DNA of 64,000 nt, from the NCBI RefSeq assembly GCF_052425735.1, contig NC_135764.1:12090001-12154000 (forward strand), read 5' to 3'. The translations under genes were made by a program, and so were the position numbers. A model generated the notes under the pieces. The model was not told the origin of the DNA. It searched no databases and saw only the letters and a list, made by a program, of their open reading frames with translations. This document shows, piece by piece, positions 14,001 through 27,442 of the stretch (within the stretch, counting starts at the first letter, position 1; each line of letters opens with the position of its first letter). This stretch comes from Oculina patagonica (taxonomy: Eukaryota).

Positions 14001-17000
14001 AGTCCCAACTCTTCCATTTCTTTTCGTGGAATGCCAATAGGAAGGGCGCACACTCTTTTACTGTATACACTGACGAGTGCACCATTCGTTGCTTGATAAA
14101 AAGGAAGTCTACTTAGTATGTTCTTGTCCCTTTCTTGCAAACCAGCCACATTGTCACTGAAGTATTGCAAAATGGTCTTGCATTCCAAAGTCCGCAATTG
14201 CCCTACAAGCGCTTGTGGGTTTGTCGTCAACTTCTGCTCCAACGATGTCAGTAAAGATGCTGGATACTTAAGGGTCGCAACTAGCAGGCGTGCAAGGCGA
14301 CAGGAATCCAGCGAGGTGTAAACAAAGGGGCCCGTAGTGGACATCACAACATAGTTAACTTCTGCCAGAGTGAGCTTTTTTAAAGCCTGCACAAGTGGCC
14401 GACTTGAAGCATCATGAATTGACAAATCAAGGACAGATCCTGCTAATCGTAAGGGCACTAGGAAGTGTTCCGTTTTCACACCAGAAGTTTTTCCATTGTG
14501 TGATCTTAGCACACAGGTCGTCTCTGTGGCAGGGAGTATGCTCCAGTTTGAAAGAGGTTCGAGTATTGCTTGAATTCTTCTTTTCTTCTCTTCTTCACAT
14601 ACCTTTTCTTCCTGTAATACATTCTTTGTTTCTTCATTCAGGAAAGCCCAAACGCTATATATCCAAGTACGATTTGGCACTGATACATCTGTTGGACACC
14701 ACTGGACGTACCTTTCTCTGCTGACAAACTCGCGTGGCAACGTTCGATGTAAATTATTTGCAAACTCCTTCACTCCAAAACGCTTAAACACAGGTGACTC
14801 TAGACTCGATGCATCGTCAAAGATTTCCTTCCTAATTTCGTCGTGGACAAACAGCTCTTCGCATTGCGGTAGGATTCCGTAATGACGTGAGAGAAACTTA
14901 GGATAAGCACTGCTAAATTGGTGTAAGGAGTTGTCTTGTGTCATAAGTAATGGTAGGCCAGACAGGTTTGCTAAGAAGTGTTCATCATCCTTGCAGTACT
15001 TAAGCACGAGTATGACCCCGTCAGCGTTTTTAAATGGGGTCTCGCTGACATCAACTGACATTGATCCAATGCAGCAAAGGGGATCTTCATTATTGCAGGT
15101 CTTGTAGAACTCCATTACAGCAGAAGGAGACACGCAAGGAGAATTCACACCGGATTTCTGCAATGCTTCAAATACAGATAAAGAGAATTTTACAAGGTTG
15201 AAACCTGTTTGCAGCAAAATTTCTTCAAATGTTGTTTTCTGTTGAATTCGTCTGTTTTCTCTGTCCATCTCGCTTTCAAGATAACGCTTTGGTTCACGGG
15301 AAAAACAATCACTTTTTCCAAGGTTGTTGAAGAATGCTTTGCTTTTTCCTTCGCCTGTTGGAGGAAGCCACGATAGCTGAACTGTAGCGGAGTTACGTTC
15401 TGATGGGTTGCCACGCACAACTGGAAGGAGTCTCGTTCCCTTGTTGTCCATTCCTTGGTACACAGATTTTACCAAGGTCTCCCAGTAAGATTTGTCTAAG
15501 ACAACCAATGGAAATAACTTCTCGTAGTTTGCGAGCTTTTCCACCAAAGCATCTTTACTGTAGTTAACGGTAACTTGTTCAGTGCTGTGTGTGATTGGCA
15601 AATCAAGGTAACTCCTCACCTCATCCAAAAGTGTTAAATAGCATGAGGCTATTACATCCGTCAGCAAAGCGTTGTTCCAGTCACTACGATAGCCACTAGC
15701 TTCGTCTCTCCGCAGATTTCTTCGGCCTTCATGGTCCAGTGCAAAGTGACCATTGATATGGACCGGAAGGTCTGTTTCTAAAGGAAGAGGAAGAAAGCAG
15801 TAAGCTTTTTTCCTCTTAATCTCAGACTCCCCTTGCTTTGATTTTTTCTCCAAAAGACAAGCAACACCACCTCGAGGAAGCATTCCCAGATCGCCTTTGT
15901 TATAAGAATCCACTATGCTTCTTTGCACTTCATTTTCGAAGCCAGCTTGCTGGACAATCATCCACTTTTCGTTGTTTCCAAGGCTGTCTCGTAAGTTCAA
16001 AACATAGGAACACTTTTTCACTTCGATGTTGTTGGGGAACAAGTCGCTTCTTTGATCATCCGTCTTTCCGATCTGTTTGACGTAGGTGGCAAACTCTTTT
16101 CTTTTGGCTGCGTCCTCCTCTGACATTTCTGCCTCGACAAAATAAGAGTTGACCACTTTTCCACTTTCTTCGTCGATGTCACACAAAGTGATTTTTCTTA
16201 CGTTATTCACAAAAAGTAGAACTTCAAAGAGCTCTCCTTTCAAGGCTTTCATCATGTCATCCAACGCTGCCAGTGTTACTGGTGATTCAGAAATCTTGGA
16301 GTGATCTGCCATCGCTTGGGTTCTCAACGGCAAACGAAACATTGTTGAGTTATGTATGGGGAACGCATCTTCGTTGTAGCAAGAAAAAACATGTGGAAAC
16401 ATGCTTTTCAATCGCGTTGATTCTTTAAACATTCTTCCTGGTTCTGACGCAGTTGCACCGGGCACGTACTTGTGGTGTGGATCCAACACACACAAAACAT
16501 CTCCAATCTCTTCACCACTCGAGACAAATGTTGGAACATCAGTCAAATGATACACCGCATTGAAGCCGACACCATACTGGCCAGTCTTGTTTGGATCATC
16601 TCCCTTACTGCCTTCACCGAGGTTCTGTATTCCCACAATATCAGCTTTAGTGAAGGGTTTGTTGTTGTACACGCACAATGCAGGGCCCTGGAGTGACTTC
16701 CACGAGTCTCCAAACACTTTCTCGTCTGGATGCTGTCGAGGGTCTTTAATAAAAGAAATCTCTGTTGCTTGAGCATCATCTGCATTCTGAAGAAGTTCTT
16801 TCAAGATTTCTTTTTCACATGGGTAAGCTGTTAAAATACGTTTCAAACGATTGGTGAGTTTTTCTTTTTGACCAAAGGGAATACCAGACGAAAAATGCTG
16901 CAATGCTTTTTCACGGCGTGTTTTGACCCCTAGTTGGCCACTCGTTTTATGAGGAATCATGTCATTCACAAAATGAACCCCAATTTCGTCAGGCATCCAC

Positions 17001-20000
17001 GGGCAGTCTCTCATACAAAGCTCACCAACAGATCGCATTATTCCTTGCGAATCAGGAAGATAAAATAATTCCTGATTTTCCTGAAGTTTGGCGACGTCGT
17101 CCTCTGGAACTATCAGACAGTTACCGAGTTGAACTGCCACATTAACTGCGACCTGAAGATTCTTCTCATCGAGCTCTGTGTCACCAAACGTCTCCTTTAT
17201 TTTCTTCAAGCAAGTGATGTAATCTCTCTCTTCAAAAGCATGTTTTACACCGGCTCTTTTCATTAAATCTTCAAATGATCTGGCTAAATCATGTGGGAGC
17301 TGATAAAGATATGGAGAGCAATCAACGTCCAACCTGAAAGCCACTTGTTCTGTATAAACAAATTCTTCCCCAGAGAGAATGAACTTCTTTCCACAAAACA
17401 TCCCTTTCACGTCCCCCATCTCCATTTCTTTGTTTTCAATGGCTTTTTGAAGATATTTGTAAGCTGCCAAGCACACTTTGTTTAGCTGTCGGATTTCATC
17501 TATACCAAGACTGTTAGCAGCGTTTATCGACGAGGCAACATCAAGTTGGGTTCTAACATGGTCTGGAGTGGCCTTCTTTTTGTCTAAATGTAGGAACTTT
17601 TGAACAGCTGTTGGGATAAATTGATCTACCACTGGCTCAGTGCAACAGACCAGGTACTTTTCGCTTTCTAAAAAGGACTCCATAGGTGACAGCAATACTC
17701 TTTGGGTATCGTTTTGTACCTTATCTCCTTTCCAGGGAAGAGGAAACTTCTTTGGTTTCCGAAGCACTGGAAGAAATTTGGCTTGTAAGAATTTGTTATG
17801 GATATCATCGGAAAGAGAGCTTCCATCCTCATTCTTAAGCTTTCTTTCTAGGCGATCCACCAATGCTTGTACGCGCATTAAAGCTGCTTCACTACTACAT
17901 CTGTTTAACATGCTGATACTCTGTGCCCTTTCTGCAAGTTCAGGCCACGGAAGATCATCTGTCAACATCCCAAGTTGTTCAAGTTTGGCAAGTCGCATGC
18001 TGTTCAAGAACGTTTCCTCCGTACCAAAAGGGAACCTTTTATCCTCAGGGCTAAACAGTGACGCCGCGGTTTTGTATGGGTTGATTTGTTGGCCAGGACT
18101 CTTCAGCTCTTGACCGTCTGGGGAGGCTGGAATGCAATCATGTACTTTTATTAGGTCGTCGAATTTTCCAGTTTTGTCGTCTAGGACGTACAATACCAAT
18201 TCATTCCTCAGATGGGATGGTACCGAAGCAACATTTGGAAAGAATAGCTCGCGGAAGAACCTTTCCTTGTCGTAGCATTTAGCCTGGATTGCTGCTCCCA
18301 GATCATATTCTACAAAAGACTGGTACACATCAGCTGGCATATCAATGATGACTCCACTCCCTTTGTTCAACAACTGGAAAACCTCAAACGACATGTCTCC
18401 TACTTGTGACTCGTGCCGAAAGTTTGGCTCCAAAAAGACCATTTGAGAGATGTCCACCCATCGATTTCCATCTGAAAAGAGAGCATAGCCTCCACAGGAA
18501 AGTTGTTGGTAAAACGAGCGAGAAAGAGGCTCACAGTGAAGCTGTACTTCGCAAGCTTTGGGCCACAGTGAATGAAACTGGTATGTGACAGGTGCCGACT
18601 TCTTTACGTCCTCAAGTAGGTCCAGATATGCTGCACAGATAGAGTCTTGCATAAGAATATTGTTCCATTTTACTTCAAAGCAGTCTTTGTCGTCAGCTGT
18701 TTTCTCCTTCAAACCTCGTCTGCTGGCGGCTACTGCAAATGCACCATTTACATGCACTGGAAAACCACTGTAGATTGGAAGCGGGAGGTAGCAGAAGAGG
18801 CTTCCCTTGTGATGTGGCTCTTTCGTTGTGATCTGATCGACAACAGGTACAGGCAGGAGCTTTTCACTTTCGTCAGACAGCAACTGAACAGCAACTCCAG
18901 CTGATGGAAGTAGAGACTTGTCGTCTTTAGCAAATTGCATTGCGTTTCCTTTGCCCATGGAAGATGCGACAAGCCAACTTTCAGATTCATCCTGAAGGTG
19001 ACCATTGTCCTTAAGGAACGATCTTCCGCATTGTGTAATGGTGCTCTTTATGCTGACTGTTAGTGCAGAGCTGAGCAGAACAGTATTAGAGCTGGTGGAA
19101 TCTCCTAGACGCTTAGCTACTTCAGATGATGCTCGTAGAACATTGCACTGTTTTACTAAGTACTGGTCTTCAGTGCTTAGGTTCTTAACAGCTGGTGAAA
19201 GTGTGACTGGAACTGTCAATTCTCTTAAGATTCCACCTTGATGCAATGATTTGCTGACCTCAAACAACAGAATTGGTTGTTGGGAAGAAGCTGATTCTCT
19301 CGGCAAATGAAACACACTTATGCGGCGGACATTTTGTGTGAAGAGTAGCAAGGTTTTAGCACCACGAGTGAAAAGATCCAAAAGTTCCTCCACTTGTTTG
19401 TTGTCGTAATGAAGTTGCTTGATTTCGCTTTTAATAGCTTGCTCTTTAGTTCGTAAAGGAAAGCGAAAGAGTGTTCCATGGTACGAGTTGTCCTCTTTTT
19501 CCAGGCGAAGATCACAATCAAATATGCCGTTGAATGGTTTGAACTGGTTGCTAAAATTTCTCAGTCTCTTCGTGTTCTTGTTGATGTCTATCTTCATTCC
19601 TGGTTTGTTCTTGTTCCTGATTGCTTTTCCCAGATAGAAAGTGTTGGGGTCAAAAATCACAAAGTAATTTGTACTCACGAACATTGGAACATCCGTCAGG
19701 TTGTATACTGCATTGAAGCCGAGACCAAACTTTCCAATTTTCTCAGTGTCGCCTTCTTTTGTTGCACCGTTCAGTTTTGTTATGTTTGCAAAATCCTCGT
19801 CTCGAAACTCTGCATCGTTGTAAACCCACAGTGCAGGACCCTGGCAGTGTCTCATTTCTTCATCAATCAGACAGGTCATGGCATCTTCGTTTGTTCTTTC
19901 ATCGTAAAGAAATCTAATTTCAGTAGCTCCGGCGTCGTCTGCGTTTTGAACAAGCTCTTTCGGTACTGCAAATCCATCGGTGTAATCTTCCAAAAGTCTG

Positions 20001-22191
20001 CTAAGTCTGCGAGTTAGTTTTTCTTCTTGCCCAAATTCCTCTCCTATTTTTTCCTCTCCTATTTCCAGCTCGTCAGGATCCAGCATTCGATTCATAAGCG
20101 TTGGAACAAGCAAAAGTTCAGCTGTGCTGTTTGGAATGTTTGGATGTACGTACAAAAAATCCATTTCTTCATCACGATTGCTTCTTTCCAACCACTCGTG
20201 CTCACAGTACATGCAATCTTCAACTAGTGCAAGCTTGAGTTAAGCATCTCCTTCTACGTGAGTGGGAACCAGAACCTTTTCCTGAAGCGTCGAAGGCAAC
20301 TGTTCACCAACCTTTGGCTTAACCTCATTCAGGATGTCCACAGATAACTGCAGGTCTTTCTTCACTTCTGTAGTCGGAAACTGAGAGCGGCTGTCATACT
20401 TTTGCTTTATCAAATGAAGAACTTGGAGCAGGATTGCGTCATCGCATTTTTCCAGCAAGCCAAGACTGGCAAAAAACGCAGAGAAATGTAGCACCTCTGA
20501 AGGGAGGGCGCAGATGTATGGTGATAGGTCAATAGGAGGCTTCTCAGATAGCAGAACGCTAGGTGAAGAAAATCCATCTCCACTCCAGATCCAGGCTGGA
20601 TTGTCAAGGTCCCGTAAAGCCATCATTACGTCGGCGTGATCTGCACGGCTTAAAAATGCATAGATTTCTTTAACTATCAGGATGTAACGCGGCTTTTCAT
20701 CTGGGTTGTAACAACTGACTACGTTGTTCAGGTGCTGTGTGACATCAAATACAGTTGGCTCTGTGTTCCAGGAAAAATAATGGGCTAACTGACTGGATGG
20801 CTCTGTTTTAACGACTGGCTTTACGGATCCAACGAGATTTACCAGTTGATTGCTCTTGACTTCTGAGGGTTTGTGGAAATTGGACTCTTTGCTTGTTTCT
20901 CCCAAAAACGTAAGACTTTGTGGAAAATCACTGGGTTTTCTTCTTATCCTGGGTACCCATGAGATGTCTTGAAGAAGTAATCCCAGCTTTGTTCCACAAG
21001 CGGTCTCTTGAAGTTTTGAAGGATTTCGTGTCAAGTATTCCACGATTGCTTCTGACTTTATTTCCGCTGCTGAAAGGCTTGAAATGCCACTGACCGCTTT
21101 CGCACTTTGGTAAAGGTCTTGCCCAGTGATCCTTTCCTCGCCTTTCATTCCGAGATCTTCCAAAATCACAAGGGCTGCAGGATCGTTGTATTGCTCTCCA
21201 GCAGGAAAAACATCTTCATCAGTGAAAATTCTCCTCAACGAGTCTCCTCTGGGGTCGAATATTTCAATTGGCCGAACTCGTCTATTTTTGGTTGAGACAA
21301 ATGGCAAAGCTTTTAATTTCTCTTTAAATCTCCCATTGGCACCAGCGTAAACTTTATAGCGCTCCATCACAAAGGCCATAAGTCTGTCAATCTCTTCAAC
21401 AGTATAACAACCCTCTTCTACACCGGGGAATATTTCTTCGAGTAAAAATTCAGGCGGCGTCAGGATCCTGATGTCCAGTAAAACTGCCAAATGCTTCGAG
21501 TCGTCTTCCTTAACGTCAATGAGATCTCGGCGAGGAGTCACTGGGAACGACTGTTCGGGTGCGGCACAAAGATCCTCTTTCTTCGAAACAAAAGCCTTGG
21601 ATAGAGTCTCAAACAAAGGAAGGCAATGGAGAACCTTCTTCTCTTCTGGTTCCAGTGATGAAGCTTTAGCAACAAACTTCCTCAAAGAGCGCTTCCCCTC
21701 GTCTGGTACTTTTTGCATTCCAGCCGTCATCACGGGCAGGGAAGCCGCCAAAGCTCTTAAAACACCTTGAGTTGACGGTGGTTGGACGAACGTACTCGTG
21801 ACAGCGGGATGGAGGCTTATGAAATTTGGATATTCCTGTAATACTGTCACACCGAGCTCTTTCAAAACGCCAGTGAGGGTGTCATCAAGGCAATCGCCAT
21901 GAAGGCTTCTTACTACTATTTTAGATGGCTGAGTGAGTCTTGCCAAGGTTACCGAGGCTTGGGACATGTCGATTGGAAGCAGTGGAAGGTTCTCAAGCAT
22001 TTTAAGCTCATTTTCTGTGGCAAAGTTCTTGCCAAGGTAGTCCCACACGAGCCCCAGCCAGTCCTTTGGAGGATGATTTTCGACTCCAGGATACCACAGA
22101 ACGTTTTCTCCCACTGACCACTCAGGAGGCAGTGATTTTGAAAGAAGTGTACCTACGTTGTCTTTGCAGAGATGTCGTAGCTGCGTGCATC
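11052..22191 (-). pseudogene. SACS: Giant exon of disrupted copy
   Basis: Split into ORFs 20240-22342, 11441-20212 and 10980-11525, which together reproduce the 3787-aa ORF of the other copy. Confidence 0.85.
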
Positions 22192-25100
22192 CTATGTAAA
22201 ATGAACAAAACTGTTTTGGATTATTTCTCTTAACAAAATTTATGTAATGGCCTTTTTGAGTCAGGAAGACTTTACAGATACTCTCTGTCCTTCGAGATGC
22301 TTTGCCATGGAAAAAAAACATATCATCTGTAGTAACATGCATTCAAGAACAATAAATTTCCGAAGTGTACTACTAAATAGCTAAGCTACTGCGAAGATAG
22401 CCGTACTTTTAAGATCTCCATGATACAACATACTACTATAGCTTGGCGGTGCAGAGTTTTGCTGCAAATACAGGACGTCGTATTCCTACCAACAACAAGT
22501 TTTGTTAAATTCGATCTTCTACTCTAGATCTGAAAGTGAATGTTTATTCAATTCAAACCTCTGTATTAATTATATAATTATATGGAATTAATTTTGGTTG
22601 CTTCGTAATAAAGTCTAGAACATGCTTCGTACCTTGGTCAGCAGCTGCTTGCAGGCTTCTTAAGAGGTTCTCGTCAATGCTCTGCTCCAGAAATCGATCC
22701 TGTAGACACGGAAGAAGTTCACGCGGGTGCTCAGGCGAACTGATGTAAATAGCTTCACCAGAGTTGGAAAACGAAGTGAACAATCCATTGGAAACGGGCA
22801 ATAGCTCTAATCCTAGGAGTTCTGAAAACTTGCCGTCTTTGAGGACAAATTTTAGAAGCAGCAACTTCTCTGAGTGACTGATGCTTCTGTAACACGAAGG
22901 CGTTTCCTTGAGTACTTTCCGTGCTAGTAGGGGCGTGATTTCTGTACTCAAGTTTGTGTACATGCCCAACGCTTTTAACACGTGGCCGGGCAAAGAGGCA
23001 ACATTTTGATCAGCCTTGAGGAAAACTCGCTCAAGCAGCTCTTTAGGATCATCCTCTTGGACTCTGTTAAAGATCACATCTTCCACGTTTAGCCAGTTTC
23101 CTCCGAGGGCTGGAGTGTAAACAACGTTTTCGGTACACAGCAGCTCAAACAAGGGGTTCTGCAGTCTTTTCCACTTTTGGTCAATACTGTTGATGTCTGG
23201 CCACGCTCTAATTGACAAAGAACATTACAGTAAAGTAATCAGTAAAAACAAACCTTTCACGGTCAACGAGGCAATCTGAGAATTAATTAACATGCATATA
23301 TATTCTTCTTGTTTGCCTCTGTATCTTTAAGGACCTCTTCTGTGGGCGTCCAATTCTGTTATACTCGACAGTCCGGTAAACTGTTCGCGAAATTAACCTC
23401 ATGAAAAGGACGGTATTTGTTTGGAAAATCTTCAGGACATACAGATCAACAGACATGAAAATTTAGACATTTTAATCTTACTTGTAAATTGCCTCTGCTT
23501 GTACACTATAACACTTCTCGTTAATGGCTTCCCTCAGCATCGTGGCATACGCGCGGGGGATTGCTTCTTCTAGCAGACACTGGTTCCACAACAAGGACTT
23601 GTCAGTCAGCTGTCGGCCTTCCTTCTCAGCCAGATCTTCTTGCTCAGCATTCGGTGTCTTAATGTAACGTCTGTTCTGGTTCAAAGCAAAGAAGCCGTTA
23701 ACATGCACTGGCAAACCTGTCAAGCTCGTCTTTTGCACCGGCAATGGTAAGAAACAAAATACGTGTCCTTGAATGTCAGGCGTTTGATTTCCGGGACTAT
23801 CTGGTAATGCCATGGCGACACCAACTAAGGGTAGGTAGCTCAGGTCTCCATCTGTAGCCAGGCTTTCAAATTGCGACGAGACCTTTCCACCACAAAAATA
23901 AATTGTGACAAGAAATGAATGGCGTTGGGTGCCACTCTCTTTCCCTTCTGAGAAACCTAGTGTCTCAATCGTGATTGGATACGTTACTTTAACAGGTTGT
24001 GGCATTATTTTATCTATTTGGCCTGTCGTGATCTCGCTGTGAAACTCTTGCCTCTTTTCTCGAACCAACTGAAGGCTATCATCGCTGATTCGTACTTGAA
24101 ACGTTTTCCTGGCTTCAGTGTCTGACTCTTCCCGGACGTAAAGCTCTATGGATTCCAGATGTTGTAGAAAAAGGAGAATCAAGTGCGCATCAGACATGAA
24201 ACTCTCAAACAGCGTGTGCACCTTTTCTGCAGAGTACAGCGTCTGTGACAGCTTGGATGGGGTGGTTCGCAGGGGGAAGCGAAACAACGTGCCATTGTAA
24301 GATCCTTCAGAGAAAACATCATCTGTACAGTCGAATATTCCTTTGTAAGGGAGAAACTGGTCCGGTATACTGTCCATGGCTGCACGATCTTCTATCATTC
24401 GCCATCTGTGTCCCGTTCTTCTTTCTCTTCCGTCGCCAAAGTACTCCTCGTGCGGATCAATCACGCCAATTTGTGAACTGCTCACGATGCTTGGGAGATC
24501 TGAGATCAACAGAGCATGAAATGAGCACAATTGTAATTTTGGCGGTAAAAGAACGGTTCTTGGCAGTTCTGAGACGTTTCGGCCACATTTCGCGCAGTCG
24601 TATTGGATGAGACGTTATTTAAAATAATGGAAACAAGATTTGAAACAATTTTCCCGTAGCAATCGGAAATATAGACTCACCTGTAACATGAAATACAGAC
24701 TTAAAGCCAAGGCCAAAACGGCCGACTTTCATCGGGTCTTTGACTTTAATACTGTCGCACAACATCCGTATGCCTTTCCAGTCGTCTTTAGTAAACTGAG
24801 CGTCGTTGTAGGCATAAAGTGCTGGGCCCTGTTTGACAAGCGTACAAACATTTTTTTTTTATAAAAAATACACAACAGAGCATTAATTCAAGCATTTGTT
24901 GTGTTATTAGTAGTGCAACGAAGTACCAACAGGATTCAAATACTGTGTAGAAAACTCCGAGTGTTTTGCCACTCACTTCGTTTAAAAAACGTACCTGAAA
25001 CTGGGCGAGGCCTTCGCTATGTAGTTTCTCTGTTCCATAGCTGTGTTTGTCGTGAAGTAATTTCACTTTGCTTGCCCCTGCATCTTCGGCATTTTGAATG

Positions 25101-25589
25101 AGCTCCTAATATATGGGAGAAATATTGTTCACATTTGGAAGAAATAAAATCATAACAGAAATATAGAGTAACGATAGACTAGTATCAATGAAAGGACTTT
25201 TTAGTTAGGTGAGAATTTGTCTTTGACACAATCGCCATCCGGACATTCAACTTTGAGTTCTTCTTGGTTTTATAGATATGATAAGCATAAAGTATGTTCT
25301 GCTGAAGACTGTGGTGCACAATATAGCTGTCTTTTGTCAAGGTCTTTACCTTGACTATCTGTCCGTCATCTGGATACTGATCTAGTATGGTCCTCAGCTG
25401 TTGGATAAGCGATGGCTGAATCAAATCAAACCCATCGTCATCATTATCCACTAGCACGAAAAAACAAAACAAAAAAATATCAGACTATTTGCGCCAATTT
25501 CAGTACCTATTCAATAGCTGGAGCCTATCGCTTCTGACAATGACTGATCCGAAAAAACTTACATGAAAAGACTGGTGGAAGCAAGCAAG

Positions 25590-25637
25590 AATGAACGAAG
25601 GAAAGAAAAAAGAAAGAACGAACGAACGAACGAACGA

Positions 25638-25668
<31 letters not shown>

Positions 25669-27404
25669 CAAAAAAGGGAATGGAAGGAAAGGAAACAGGT
25701 AAGTAGGGAGGAAAATATCCAGGCAGTAGCTAGGTAGGTAGGTAGTGGGTAGGTAGGTTAGTAGGGAGGTATAGGAAAGTAAATATACAGGCAAGCAGGT
25801 AGGCAGGTGTAAAGTAGGCTCGGCAGACAGGCATGCAGGGACATAGGTTTTAAGGTAGGTAGAACTTAGGTAGGTAGGTAGGTAGGTAGGTAGGTATGAA
25901 GGCAGGTAGGCAAAAGAAAGGCATGTAAGCAGGTAGGTAGGTAAGTGTGTAAAGGCACACAGGCAATCTGGCAGGCTGGCAGGGCAGGCAGGCAGGCAGG
26001 CAGGTAGCTGGGTAGGTTGGTAGGTAGTCAGTCAGTTAATTAGTTAGTTAGGTAGGCAGGTAGGTAGGTATGGAGGAAGGTAGGAAAGGCAGAAAGGCGA
26101 CAGGTTGGTAGGTGGGTAGGTAGATAGGTAGGTAGGTAGGTAGCTAAGAAGGCAGGCAAGCAGGCAGGCAGGTAGGTAAGTAGGAAGGTAGGTAGGAAGG
26201 TAGGTAGGTAAGTTGGCAGGTAGGTAGGAAGGTTGGCAGTTACGTAGGTAGGTTAGTAGGTAGGTAGGTAGCTAAGAAGGCAGGCAAGCAGGCAGGCAGG
26301 TAGGTAAGTAGGTAGGTAGGTAGGAAGGTAGGTAGGTAAGTTGGCAGGTAGGTAGGCAGGTTGGCAGGTACGTAGGTAGGTTAGTAGGTAGGTAGGTAGG
26401 TAGGTAGGTAGCTAAGAAGGTAGGCAAGCATGCAGGTAGGTAAGTAAGTTGGCAGGTAGGTAAGTAAGAAGGCAGGCAGGTAGGTAGGCAAGCAGGTTGG
26501 TGGNNNNNNNNNNNNNNNNNNNNNNNNNNNNNNNNNNNNNNNNNNNNNNNNNNNNNNNNNNNNNNNNNNNNNNNNNNNNNNNNNNNNNNNNNNNNNNNNN
26601 NNNNNNNNNNNNNNNNNNNNNNNNNNNNNNNNNNNNNNNNNNNNNNNNNNNNNNNNNNNNNNNNNNNNNNNNNNNNNNNNNNNNNNNNNNNNNNNNNNNN
26701 NNNNNTGGGTAGGTAGGTAAGTAAGGAGGTAAGAAAGTAAATATACAGGCAAGCAGGTAGGCAGGTGTAAAGTGGGCTTGGCAGACAGGCATACATACAT
26801 ACATACATACATACTTTATTTAACGTGGAAAAAGTACACACTTAGCTGTTAGCTAGTTTACAGGTGCTCCACGATTAAAAGTTTAGTATTTACAAAAGTA
26901 TTTACATCAAAACAAAGGGTATAAAAGTATTACATCAGACTATTTTAAAATGATTAAAAAAAAAAAAAAAAAAAAAAAACAACAACACCATCTAGCTAAA
27001 TTAAGATTCCTAAAAATATATATATATAAATATAAAAATCCTATCTAAAAGCGATAAAATATAATTATTAAACATTGAAATCAGTTTGTCTAATCTTTTT
27101 CAAAAAGTCCTTTGAGCCTGCCATGGAACGAATATCACGAGGTAGCATGTTCCAGTGCTTTGCTGCAGCATAACGCCACGACTTAAGACCATATCTGGTA
27201 GTGTTCACTTAGGGACGTAGGTTTTAAGGTAGGTAGAACTTAGGTAGGTAGGTAGATAGGTAGGCAGGTAGGTTGGTTGGTTGGTAGGTAGTAAGGTAGG
27301 TATAATAGGTAGACAGGTAGGTAGGTATGAAGGCAGGTAGGCAAAAGAAAGGCATGTAAGCAGGTAATCAGGTAGGTGGGTAGGTAGGTAAGTGTGTAAA
27401 GGCA

Positions 27405-27442
<38 letters not shown>

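Noticed and set aside
11618-22117. Many 60-180 aa plus-strand ORFs overlapping the giant exon (and 44481-54980)
   Set aside because: Antisense shadows of the sacsin frame with no motifs; they are conserved only because the DNA is duplicated.
22192-22342. MHVTTDD... N-terminus of the large ORFs
   Set aside because: Open intronic read-through upstream of the real acceptor at 22191/55054.
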